The notes beneath the pieces were generated by a model. That model made no database searches. It saw only the letters and a list, made by a program, of their open reading frames with translations, and was not told the DNA's origin. Below, piece after piece: positions 1-13,118 of a stretch of DNA of 64,000 bases. Position numbers and translations under genes: made by a program. Origin of the DNA: Mytilus californianus (Eukaryota); assembly GCF_021869535.1 (NCBI RefSeq), contig NW_026262581.1:5890001-5954000 (forward strand). The letters run 5' to 3'. Position 1 is the first letter of the stretch. The number at the start of each line of letters is the position of its first letter.

Positions 1-3000
1 CAATTTTTTACACGTACACCTACTTTATTTCAATTAAGGGTTGCAACAGTATTGAAATAACTTCTGTAAGAATGGTGAATTCGGTTGTCTTGCGGGGTTG
101 TTATAAGATCTTTTATTGTTGTAGTTTTCTTAAAACATGTCGTCTTAAATAATGTTGCTTTTACGTAATCGATGAACAAATTACATGCATGTAATGAAAA
201 AATACAATACACAATACAGAAAACTAACCTCCTATGAGTTAAATATTCAATCCTTTAAAAAATCAACAATACTTCTTTACTTCACGAAACATTGAATAAC
301 GTATGTGTTAATCCCATAACGGTTAATCTGCATATGTATAATCCAGTTTTAATAAATCTGTTACTAATTTCACATGGATTTGCAGTTAATACACATTGGA
401 TTGAATTGCAGTCTTCACTTCCGATTGGCTTGCGTTGCCATGGTCCTGAAACAAGAACCCCAGTGTCCAAATAAAGGTAAAGTTCGATTATTATTCCCCA
501 CTTGGACGATTTGTTCGAATATTGAATTTCTAACCTCTGACTTATTATTAAAAGACTGATCAGTTAACAAAGCAGATACAGTTCAAACTCAATGAAGTGA
601 TACCTAGCGTGGAAGAACAACTTTAAGATTATTTGTATCGCGAATTGATAGCCCGTAAACTTTTTATTAAAGGATAACAGAATAAGGCAACATTGTGTCA
701 AGAGGATTGTATCATTGTCAAGATATAAAGCAGCTATTCAGAAATCGTGCATGCAATTTGAATTTTAATAAGTATATTATTATTTGTTTCACTGTGCAAA
801 TTGATTTAAATCTTTAACAAATTTAATCTACTTCAAAACCACTTTAATATTCGACGCGAAATTGAGATGTAAATGTTTAAGTGGCTCATAGTTTGATTTA
901 ATTGTATTTTTTAGAATATTTTTCCTTTGATAATGGACCATGCCATTTACTTATCAAACTGACTAAACATTTCAATGTATTGTTATTATTTGAATATTGT
1001 TATGCTCAACTGCCACAGGGCCCTTCTGTTAAGCAAATAATTAAATGGTATATCGTGATATGTGAATTTCCCTTTTTACGCTTACAGAACTGCTGACTGA
1101 AGCAGGGGGATAAGGGGGAGGGGATTGCTACAAACAACAGATACTATACAGACTCCTGGACTTTAAATCAATGATCTGACGCAAACAACATACTAATAAT
1201 ATGAAATTTATTGATTGATTGGTGATTGCTTAACGTCGCGTCAACGTATACAGTCCCTAAAACGTACTAAAATTCAATGCTAATTAAATCAAGAGTGGAC
1301 ACGCTTGAATAACTATCGTTACTAATGTGATATAATACTCAGACAAATAAACATGTGTAACAAGAGGCGAAATATTGCGGAAACATAATCGTAACAATAT
1401 ACTAGTATTTCGTACTGTTCAGCTTGAACATTAAGTCATGGTCAAGTGTCTAGTGTCAAAGATATAATAATTTTACAGACCAAATATATTCGACCAATTA
1501 AATTATAGACTAGAATAATAATGGCTTCCTATAAACACACAAATAAATCGAACGAATTCGTCGCAAGCGAGACAAAAATCAATTCTTTAACAAAAGTGCG
1601 ACAAACAAATAAAACGAAATGAAAATGGACAATTTATTCAGTCTGTCACAAATATTTAAACTGTGTACTTCAATCTATTTTTTAATTTAAATAGGAGACG
1701 ATTTAAAAACTGTTGTCATGAAATGTCGTTAAAAGCAATTAAAGATATGTGGATATTAGACTTTTGAACCTTTAATACATTGATTGGTGTTAATTTCAAA
1801 TATCAGAGGAACAAATTACGCGTAAAAGCAACAAAAGTTTATTCTAAAAAAAAATATACATAAACTTTATTCGAAGTAAAAAAAACAACAAATAAAGTGT
1901 GCAATAACTTTTCAATTAAAAAGTCGAATGATTTTTATTTTTAATTCCCTAAATTCATAAGATTTATTTATTAATTTGAGAGCCTAAAAATTTGTGAAAT
2001 TTCTTTAGAAAATTATGACATTCTTCTTTATCGTCTACCAGAAGTAAGAGAGAATACCTTAGGATGACATAATCTTCGGTTTAGTTATTTATTATTTATA
2101 ACATCTTTCAAAATCAGAGTACTTGACATATCTTTATGAATTTGACGCTACTCTAATATTGAGGAAAAAGTAAACGTAAATTTTAAGTGCATTACAAAAA
2201 ATGGAATCAAAATATAAAAAAAACATTGAACAAAATTGCAGGAAAGTTCAACAAATTGTCAATTTCTATACAAATTTATAACTTAGTACACTCACCGTTT
2301 CAACATGCTTTCTAACCCCACTGTCGTTCAAGTGAAACTAAATTTAGATAAATACTACATATGTGGTCGTAAAACCGACTTTTAAATCTTTTCATCATTT
2401 GATTAAATAGAAGTGAAGTCAGTAAAAGCCTAACAATTCAATAATTATATAAATCGTAACAGATTTATCTACTAAAGCACCGGGAGAGGGTCTACTAGAG
2501 ATTTATAACAAAAGACAGTTATTCAATAATTTCATATCAAACCTGGTGGATCAATGTTTTTGGACTTAATAAACATTGCACGGATTTATTCCTATATACA
2601 AAATTTCTACAATGGTTTAATCGTTAATCAAGAGAGGGAATAAAATCATGAAAAAGATATGATAGCGGAGGTGTCAACACAGTGAAAAATTATGACTTAT
2701 TAAACTTCAAAATAATTCGAGGATTACTTCGATTCTAAATAATATTATTTTTATTTATAATCCCACAAATAGAGAAATACTATACACATCGATTTAAATT
2801 TCCATGGTATTCTTTCGATCTCATCTGAAACAAATTTTTCCTATCCATATACCGTAAATCAGTAATATTCACAGTAAAATGGAATAGATCGTGCCCTTTT
2901 TCTCATAACACCCAATTTTACTTATTTACTTAATGTCGGCTATGTATACCTCTTGACACATGGGACAAGGATAAGTTGCCACCCATCGCTTCTGTTTTCT

Positions 3001-3061
3001 CTTTTGTTTCCCAAGTGTAACCTCTATCTTCCATCTCGGATTCTATGGTCTGGCTACACTC

Positions 3062-3500
3062 TGTTTTTGGATAAGGATACTACTGATACTAGAAGGACTG
3101 CTTCATACCTTGCTCTTTTCCTCAATATTGACACAGATGGAAGACTTCACACTAAAATCCATGACAAACGGGACGATTTCAACTTCCCATTTCTCAGCAG
3201 TAGCATACCCTCTGCCCCATCATATGGTGTTTACATATCTCAGTTGATACGTTATGCTCGTGCAGGAGGAAAGATTAAAAATGATTCTCCGTTAATTTTA
3301 TGGACACAATCACGAATTGGTTGATCTGTACGATGTGTCTGTGTCTAAAACAACTAACGACATTTTTACCACATCTTAGATTGTGGTTCACCATCTACGT
3401 CGTCTGGTCTGCTAAGTACCGAACGTGACCTATTCCCGAATATGACTGTTTTGTCGAGTGTGAATTCGCATTGCTATTAGACGTGTCTCGTTGTTTTTAT
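3062..3500 (+). mobile_element. Penelope-like element RT C-terminal fragment
   Basis: KDTTDTRRTASYLALFLNIDTDGRLHTKIHDKRDDFNFPFLSSSIPSAPSYGVYISQLIRYARA. Confidence 0.8.
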
Positions 3501-4394
3501 ACATCCAACATTCATGTATTTAGTAATGATGTTTCTTTTGTAAGTCTAGTTGGATATTGTGTTATGTCTTATTGTTTGTGGTTTGAATTCTATTTTTATT
3601 TTCTATATGTATGTAAAAGTAAAGATAATTAATAAGCTAGTTCATTTGTATGATTTTTAGTTTAAAGCAACTATATGCACAGGATTTATTTGTTTTTACA
3701 GTTTTGATTTAGAAGAAAAACCGAAATGGTTAGAAAATACAAATAATTACACCATTACTAACACAATTCTATAATAATATTCTTGTAATGGTTAGAAAAT
3801 ACATAAAATAACACCATTACAAACTTAATCCCAATTTTTTTATTCTATTTTTAGAAATTTACATGTGACGTCACTTTTTGTGGCGTTGATACATTCGTGT
3901 GACGCACAGTTCATAATTCTCTTGTGGTGTACTGGTGTACTGTCGTACTGTCGTAAATTGATTGAAGGTGTCCGTTGTTATTCTGTGGTTTACATGTTGT
4001 AATGTACTATTATATTATTTATTTATGTATTTCTCTGTCCTGTGTGTTCTTGCGTTTATTTGTACTGTATTCCTGTCATGTAATGTTGTCATTTAAATTT
4101 AGCGGTATTTCTAACATTGCCATATAAGCCATATAATTCTTAAAATGTCATGTACCAAGTCAGGATTATGGCAGTTGTTATCAAATAGTCCGTTTCTATG
4201 TATGTTGGCGTTTGTTTTTGTAGCAGTTCAGTATTTCTGTTGTCCGTTGTTTTCCTCTTATAGTTGATGTGTTTCCCTCGGTTTTGGTTTGTGACCCAGA
4301 TTTGTTTTCGCTTAATCGATTTATGACTATTGAACAGCGGTATACTACTGTTGCCTTTATTTGTTCGTCCTCTTTTTCTTTTTCACTCAGGTGT

Positions 4395-5110
4395 CATCTT
4401 TTTGAAGAGGAGACGACCAAGCCATCTCCATTTTTCTGTTACAAGAAGGTCTTTTCTTTGATGCTAGTTATATTGTGTAGTACTTCGTTAGTTATCTTGT
4501 TTGGCAATTAATATTTTCAGATTTCTCCATAGATTTGTTATTGAAGCCAACTGATGTCCCTCTCGGACATTCTACAGCATTATGTGCCGTTCAGTAATAC
4601 ACAACTGTTATAGATTTTCAATTTTGTCTTATTGCTGCAAGTTGCTGTTTTCCAAATATTCCGAAGTCTGTGAAAAGTAGATGTTGTTATTGCAATTCTG
4701 GTGTTGATGTCTTGTACAGTTCCTCTTCTGATGTTACCACGCTAGCCAAAGAACTTACCACCTGTTCTTTTCACAGTATAGTGTCTCTAGAGATAATTTG
4801 ATTTGTGAAATTATAATCTTGAAGAATATTTTGTTTGGAATGAAAACTAGCGAGGTATCTCAGTTGCTACAATTAGTAAGATATCAGCCTTTTTGGTATC
4901 CTGATGAATTCACCTTTGTATTAGTTTTCAGGGATGATATTTTTTTAACAACTGCTGTAAGTTAAGGGTCAGCTTTCAAAATTTTAATTTTTTGTTTTTT
5001 TTTCTCTATTGAGAACTTCTTGAATATATTTTTTCCATCTTGCCAGTTGTTCTTTCTCTGATGTTAATGTGTTGTTGTTGATGGTGATATTGTCGGTAGC
5101 GAAGACTTCA
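4395..5110 (-). mobile_element. Highly decayed RTE-clade LINE ORF
   Basis: Pieces LTSEKEQLARWKKYIQEVLNRE, TKLKIYNSCV and KWRWLGRLL in the RTE order, with many stops and deletions. Confidence 0.65.
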
Positions 5111-5210
5111 CCATTTATTCAGTGCGTTTTTTTAACACGAAGTGAGACATGAAAGTTTATCACTTTACTTTCAATTTCAGGTTTTAACATTCAATCTCTG
5201 ACCTGGGACT

Positions 5211-6632
5211 CATGGCCGTAATTAGGCCCTGGAAACAGACGAGGTAGGGGTTTGGAGGCCGAAAATTGTAATATTAGGGTTCGAAACATATGTTGTTACA
5301 TCCGTTTTTGTATCATATTTACCGTTTTTGTTTCAAATTTACCGTATGAAGAACTGCATTAGGCTATCAGAGCCGGCTGACAGATACTTGCCTCGAATTT
5401 TGTACCACCAAACATGTATCCATTTACAGTAGGGTACATGTCTGATAGTAGAAAAAGCGGAAGAAGTGTGTGTGGTCAACGCTTCATTAAAAATAACACA
5501 CATTTTCAAAAAACTTTAATAAAGCCCAAAGAGTGGAACCTAATCACTGTCTGCGAATGATAGTTTGACCTTTCCTGTGTCACTAAGATCCCATCGTTTG
5601 ACTACTTTCTTGAAATTGAATAAGAATAATTAATTTATTTTGCTAATTTTATAAATGCATAAAACCCGAATCAATAATGATACATGTTTAATTCTGCGAC
5701 CGTCTTTTTTCGCAAGCCCGAAGTACTCCCACAATACTCCATGAAAATTCATAGTATCAAGGAATCAAATTGTCAGTCTGCCAAGGTCTTGTCCTGTCCA
5801 TTTAACATTCAAATGGAATGATCACATAACCTGCTCTCCAATATCATGATTATGTAGCTAAAATAAAGCCCACTTGGCGTTAAACCAAACAAATTCTCCA
5901 TCCATCCGAAATATATGTTTTGTTTTCGAATAGCAGCCAGGTTTGTAGCAAAACATTTGCCGAAAATGCCTCAAATCTTTATTTGATTTGAGAGAAATGC
6001 AAACAAATTGTTGGGTGTTTTGATACTCCTGCGTGAACTGTGAATGCTTCTTTAATAATATTGACCTAGCAAGTTGAAGAACTCGAATAATATTTGAATT
6101 TTGATTTACTTTGCGCACTGATAAAATGGGAAAAAATCCATTATCATTTTCGAGGGAAATCATTGAAATAATTGCAGAACCCAGTGGCGGATCCAGAAAT
6201 TTTCATAAGGGGGGCCCACCGACTGCCTAAGAAGGGACCCGCTCTAATCATGCTTCAGTGATTCCCTATAAAATCAACCAAATTTTTCCCACAAAAAGGG
6301 GGGTCACCCTACCCCCCCTCACAAATCCACCTTTGAAACCAAATGCCGGTTTATCGGTTTATTGGCGATGGTGATCAGGCTGGGAGTTCGATGCCTAACG
6401 AAGTTGAAATAAAAGTACAGAAGCTGCACGTCAACATTAATTACTATTCCAATAATGCATTACTTAATTCTTTATATGAAAATTATGCAAGGATGTGTTC
6501 TACCCCTGCATGCCTAGCTTTCTCCATTTTCTTTTTTTTCCGTATTATTATTATTTTTTTTTCCAGACATTCAGACGAGGCAATTGCCTCGTCTGAATTG
6601 CCTCGTCTGCCTCATCAGTAGTTACGGCCCTG
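5211..6632. mobile_element. hAT-type non-autonomous element
   Basis: Imperfect TIR CA(T/G)GGCCGTAA(T/C)TA...CAGACGAGG; 8-bp direct repeat CTGGGACT at 5203-10 and 6630-37. Confidence 0.65.
6182..6335. mobile_element. Small CAGTGGCGGATCC-type MITE nested in the hAT element
   Basis: Left CAGTGGCGGATCC, right AAATCCACCTTTG (degenerate inverted end). Confidence 0.55.
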
Positions 6633-7227
6633 GGACTATTATACTAACGTCAATATATTATGATCCAGCTCTGACAGATCGATTGAAGTGACATATAATT
6701 ATCAGAATCAGGCTTAATCAGAATATTTCATGTCAGGTAATATGGGTGAAGATACCATACCATAATTCACTCAATCTTTTACTTTTCCCAAACCAGCACA
6801 TTTGTAGTATATTCGTTCAACTGAGAACATGATACAGATACCTACAACTCAACCATTACAAGAAAAGCTGTCGAGTCATGCACACCTCACCATGGGAAAT
6901 ATGTACTACATCTACTAACCAGACTGTTTCTAGACGGAGAAAAAACATCTTGGAAACAAAAAACAAAACTAAAGATAGTGGCCAATTTCATCGACAAAAC
7001 AGGCAGATTTGATTCTTTGGTTCCTCAATCCCAATCTTAACCAGTGCATACCTATTTTTATAGATGCAGAGGAGAAATTACATTGAGCATAAAATACAAG
7101 AGGGAAGATCCGCACCTTCGAGACAAGTGCCAACAAGACTTAAAATTGAGGATTTAGGATAGTCAATAGTGTTAGCCACTTCCGTAGTAAAAGTGAAAAA
7201 GTACCATTTTGTCTTCCAGTGGAAAGA

Positions 7228-8149
7228 CCAAGGATCACCTGAACTTGGCGATCACAGTATGTTAACAATACTGGTATAAAATTTTATTGCAGTATTGTGT
7301 GTGTGTTTTTTTTTTTAAATACTCCAATACTAGAATATGAGTGTATACCAGCATTGTTAGAAGTAATGATCTAATTAAGTTATTTTATTTGTTGATAAAG
7401 CATGATAATTGTGTATAAGCAAAGTTAAGCATGGTTGCAACATAGTCCCCTACCGGTTAAAAATTCATTGTATTGGAACAAAATTCAGACATGATCTTTA
7501 ACTTGTCATGATAAAACTTTATACCAATAATCAAATCAATATCTTCAAGCAAGAAGAAAAAAAGTGTGGAAAACTGATTTGCCGGACTGACGGATGGACA
7601 AACAGACGGACAAAGGGAGTGCAAACCTTAAGTCCCATTCGACTTCGTCGGTAGGGGACTAATTAGGATACATCTACAAAAATAAACACCGAATGGACGC
7701 TTTTGTCTACTTTTTAAAAAGTAAAGTACCGAAGAAATGGGCACAATTTGTGACATTTAGGGTATATCACGTTAAAATTAACATTAATGGCAATTCCTGT
7801 GTATGAACATTATGCATAATTTAATTATAAACCAGCAATTTGATATCAGAGACATATTGTATTATATGTCTCTGTTGATATTGATATTAGTGCTACTTGC
7901 TATCTTATAAAAACAATCAAGACAATACTAGTGCAACATGGATGTATCGTTTTTGAAAATATAATAGTATGGATGTTTTTACAATTTAGAATAAAATGTC
8001 CAAAAGTCATGTCATCTGATATCTTGATGTAATATTTCCATTATTATACAATACAAAATAACAAAAAAAAACCCAACAATACTGGTACAATACTGGAAGA
8101 CAATACTGAATAAACAGTATTGTGATCGCCAAGTTCAGGTGATCCATGG
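7228..8149. mobile_element. MITE with ~30-bp TIRs
   Basis: CCA(A/T)GGATCACCTGAACTTGGCGATCACA inverted at both ends; subterminal CAATACTG repeats; TSD unclear. Confidence 0.8.
7420..7663 (-). mobile_element. Short Helentron/HINE-like element nested in the MITE
   Basis: 13-bp subTIR TAGTCCCCTACCG/CGGTAGGGGACTA, GACGGA microsatellite, terminal hairpin. Confidence 0.6.
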
Positions 8150-8406
8150 AGTGCTCGATTTCTTAATTCCACATGCAGGGAATGCAAGTATAAAGTTTCC
8201 TGAGAGCTGAATCATTAAGTACAAACGACGTTTCATTAAAGTTTTGCCACTGCTTTTTGTTGTCTTCTTATACACACAAATGCAATAACTGTTTGCTGAG
8301 AAGACCATGATACATTCATTCTATGTTCAGGTACTGTTACTTTTGGTTCAGAAACGGGTAGTAAAAAATTATAAGCCTGGTATTGCCTTCATTTTTGTTT
8401 TATTCT

Positions 8407-9750
8407 TTCGACATGAAACAAGTTTTAAATAGATAGGTATTTCACATACTAAATTTTACGGTAATATTGTACTTAAAGCGCGGAAATCACTATGTGATCC
8501 ATGTAAACTCATCGAACCTTTAAACAAACTTATTAGTAAAGGTTATCTTACCAATGTTGTAATTAGATCTTTGAATATAGTTTACATTGGCACTAATATC
8601 GATTTTGTCATCAGCAAATTAAAACATAACTAAATTTGTATTTTTTTCAAGCGGGATGTATAGAGACACACCCATGTTCGTTTAGATCTATAAAGAGGTT
8701 AAACTCCTAACTATCCTACTGTCTGTCGATACATTTATTTTTGGCATTGCACTAGTCATGTCTTCTTTGACTGTCCATGACGTTAAAATACTAAATCCGT
8801 GGGATGTGTTTTATATGATTTTAGTCTCTGATGCATGATTTTTTATTATTAATTGTTTTGGCTTTTAACTAGCTGTCAGTAACTGCGAGTACTCTCAAAT
8901 CGTACTTTCTTGTTTATTTGACCTGTTGATACTAATTGTCTTGCTTTTTTGTTATTTAATGTTATTCAGGGTTATATCTGGTCTATATACCAGCTTTGAT
9001 AAGTGTTTGGTATAACTATATAAATTTTCACTCCGTAAAATGAACATCAAAATTATTTATTTTGTAAAAATATTTCCTTTCTCTATTGGTACTGTACACA
9101 TATACCTAACAACAAAATTATTTTCATTTACCTGTGTTTAAAGTTATTGCAAATGGCTGATATTTTTGTTCGAGCATATTGTATTTCTTTAATTGTTTAA
9201 CATTTCTTACCGATATAACATGTTACTTTTATTATTCTTCCCTTAGTTTATTTATTTTGTATTTACATTGTGTCATAGGTCAAATTTATTTGTTCAGTGT
9301 ATGTTCAATGGTGTTAATATGTCCTTTGATTGAGTTAAGCTATTTCAGTTGATATTTTATAGTGTGTCTTTCTATGTTGTGATGTTACACTATTGTTTCA
9401 GAAAAAGGGTGAAGGTTTGGTACCATTAAAACGTTTAAACCCGCTGCATTTGTATGCACCTGTCCTAAGTCAGGAATCTGATGTTCAGTAGTTGTCGTTT
9501 GTTGATGTGGTTCATAGTGTTTCTTGTTTCTCGTTTTTTATATACTAGTAGATTAGACTGTTGGTTTTCCTGTTTGAATGGTTTTACACTAGTAATTTTT
9601 TGGGGCCCTTTATAGCTTACTGTTCGGTGTGAGCCAAGGCCCCGTGTTGAAGACCGTACTGTGACCTATAATGGTTTACTTTTATAAATTTTGACTTGGA
9701 TGGAGAGTTGTCTCATTGGCACTCATACCACATTTTCTTATATCTATGTG
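8407..9750 (+). mobile_element. Penelope-like 3' end plus associated abundant non-coding repeat
   Basis: GISHTKFYGNIVLKARK...KGYLTNVVIRSLNIVYIGTNIDFVISKLKHN* (8407-8633). The downstream part is the reverse complement of the repeats at 22800-23330 and 45230-45810. Confidence 0.55.
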
Positions 9751-12334
9751 AAGTCACAGGTTTGAAGCAGTTTCTTTTACAGAATTTGCGAACCTACATA
9801 TAAATAGTAAATACAGAGAAGAAGTGCAAGATCTAACAGTTGTCAGGATGGCTGTTATTTTTTAATGTAGGTTCACAGCTAGTGTTTGATTTATCTTTGA
9901 GGTTTCATTGTTTTATACCTTTTTTTCAAATCCAAGTAAACTGGTATGAATCCCAAGTTTATAAATATATTCACCCTGGTCCCACTATAATATCTTGTAC
10001 AAATTAGGATAGGTTTTTTATTATTGTTTTTAAAGTCTGATATTTTTTCTTCATTTTTGTGTTTACCTTTTATAGTTGTTGATTGTGCCTTTCACCAGTT
10101 CTTTATTTTTACACATTATAATATCACCCCAAAATGGCCACATTAATATGGCTCTAGAATGAACACCTTGATATCCCTCTTGCTTGAATCATAAACATTA
10201 TGCCCTCCCTTTAACAGTTGAAGTCAAAATTTCAGGGGTACCTACATCTACCTGCTCAAACCTCTTTTCAGAGCCAACGATTTCAATCAAATTTTCCTGA
10301 AACATTTCAAGTCATTAAACAATCAACATCACTTTAACATGACCAAAGAGATTATGTATTTCCAGCAAATGAAAATAACACTTTATAACGTTCGTGCATC
10401 TGAATGGCTTCTCTGGATTTACCTTCACCAGGAACACTCATATCTAAACATTTAAAAGCCAGGGATATATATATATGTAACTAGAAACGTTGGGAGCTAT
10501 ATAACCAAAAGAAACCTTACGATCATTGATGGCACCATAAATGCTACATTCATGAAGTGCGAGCACATAGGCACATTGCAACTCTAGCATTGATATGTTT
10601 ATGTCATCCTAACATGAACATATATTAATGATTCATCATGAAAATTTAAGTGCAACCTATTCTTGAGACATCAATGTTACTTTTAAAATGGGGATATGAA
10701 TGTAAAACCAGCATTAATACTTTTTGTCCTATGGTAAGAAAACATTGTTGACACATTAGAATAGACAAACTGATGTTACTTTATTCCAACCACACTAATG
10801 TCATTCTAATGTATTGATTGATTGGTGTTTAACGCAATTCTCAGCACTATTGTGCTATTTCATGGCGGTCAGTATTTTATTGGTGGAGGAAGCCGAGGTA
10901 CTGGGAGAGAACCACGACCTCCGATCGGAAAACTGAAAATCATGGTCAATTAAGATTGGAGTCAAATGTAAATGTCACAGCAGCACTAAAAATTTTATGT
11001 CACTCCGCAAATGAATTTTAATGGTGCTCAAACCTGCAGAAGTAACTCAACAAATAAAAATATTATGTCACTTCAAAATAGTAAAATTGATGTCAGTTCT
11101 GTATATTAAAGCAAGTTAATATCTCCAGCATAGAAACATATGTTTCAAGCATTCAAGCATGCCACACAGATTGTATGGAATGTAAAAAAAATGAGCTTTG
11201 TCTGATTTAAATTGTCTAATCTGATGACTCATGGTGTGGAAATTTAAACTGAGAAACAGACATAAGCAAGGAAAATAGTTCTTCATTGAATCATGAAAAG
11301 AGTTAAAAGTTTGGTGGCTCCTGTAAGATGGACATGCACACCCTTCAACCATACTAATGTGTACTGACTCGTCTGACTGACTTATGACTGCTTATTGTTC
11401 AGCTGCAAATATATGGTGCAAATTTAAGATTGCTCTGATGTCTGATGGACCTTTTTGGGACTTGCTGGTGTCATTGAAGGTCAGAGTGCAGCCTCAGTGA
11501 AAAACATGGAAATTACCTAACCAGATTGGATGGGAAGTGGGCACGTTTCTGTTTTGAAAGCACAGAAGATTAACTGTCAAGCAGTTTAGCCATACACCAT
11601 TTTTCTTCATTCTTTTCCATTAAAGAATTTGTACCTGCAATTTACTGGCTATCCCCCAGTAACTCCTGGTTTCAAATATTAAAGTCACACATCCATGGAT
11701 AAAATCTGAACATCTCCTATTGGTCGTTTGGCTAGCTTAGGTTTATGCCTTTTTTCATGAAATAATTGTGTATGCCACTGAAATTCATTGAATGAATAGG
11801 CAGAATTGCCGCGGTGATAATCCCTCTTTGACTGGTTTCTAACTAATGGTTTGAGAGAAGTTGAAGATTTTTATTTATTGACCAATCAACACAAAAAGAG
11901 GGAAGAATCAGAGAGCTTGGTAACTCTACGGGAAAATGCTAAAGTCTGAAACTGTTTAAAGTTTACAAAAGTAATAATTTCAAGTTCTAAATATTATCAA
12001 ACATAATATTACTGATAAACCAAAATCTAAATCTATTTACTGTATTCAATTTCTTAACAATTTAGCACTTTGTGAAAGGATAATAAGAAATTGTTGAGTT
12101 TATAAAGGGAGATTATTCAAATCACTTGCATTAATGTAAAGCCTTAAAGAGTTGTTGTGAGAGACTTTGAATTTGGACCATTAGTGTTGTAAGAAGATGG
12201 CTTTGAAACAAGAATATGTGTCTATAGGACAAATGCTCTGCTTGCACCATCATGTGTCCATGTTAGGTTAACTGTGAAATCTGGGTTAAAATCGTATTGG
12301 GCATAACATTTTAAAAGTTCCCCTCACTATTATA

Positions 12335-12595
12335 ATTGATTGATTGTTGGTGTTGAATGCCACTTTCAGCATTATTGGCTATAACGTGGCGGTCAGTTTT
12401 TATTGGTGGAGGAAGCCGGAGAGACTGGAGAAAACCACACACCTTCGTCATAAAACTGACAAATCTAGTCAATTAAGATTGGAGACTAAAGCACCTTCAA
12501 CATGCGAGTTGGAACTCACAACCTAAGTGTTGACAAGCAAGTGATACATTTGATGAACTAATTGAACAACTTAGACCACTCGGCCACTGGGCCCC
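12335..12595 (-). mobile_element. Full-length tRNA-derived SINE
   Basis: Head GGGGCCCAGTGGCCGAGTGGTCTAAG (A box), degenerate B box GAGTTCCAACT, (CAAT)n tail; truncated copy at 10812-10975. Confidence 0.8.
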
Positions 12596-13047
12596 ATTCA
12601 CTTTGAAAATGTCAAATAATTTCAAGTTGATATGAACAGAACTTATTGTTAAACTACCTTTACCAAAAAATCTAACCTATGAATGTACCAATTTCACACT
12701 AGCACATTTCTATGTTCAATGAACAATGTAAGGCTTTTTAGTTAAGGAAATTCACAATTAAGACAACAAGCAGAATAGGTCCATATTTAATCGATAAGGA
12801 CTTAAAAACTTACATACAAAATCAAAACAAAATTTATCAAAAGATGTTCTCATATGAATAGAAGAGAAATATTAGTTCAAAAGGTATAAAAGGTGGTATA
12901 GATTGTTTCCAAAATTTGTATTTCCTGTCTACTTTTTTTCAAAGATTTCTAATAATACCAATAAAAAACTCTGTCTAGAACTAATCATAAGTCCTTTTTC
13001 TATGAAAATGTTTTCAGTTAATCCCATCATTCCTGAGCATATACCTG

Positions 13048-13118
13048 TCAGCTAACTGGACAGTCTGTCACACATTTAAATATAATGTTCTCTAAAATCT
13101 GTCTTTCTAAATTCTTCC
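13048..13118 (-). CDS. ZNG1: ZNG1 exon 13 (terminal)
   Basis: [25 protein letters not shown] at 13050-13048. Confidence 0.9.

Noticed and set aside
6690-7227. GC-richer stretch that may be an old LINE C-terminus
   Set aside because: No motif clear enough to support a call.
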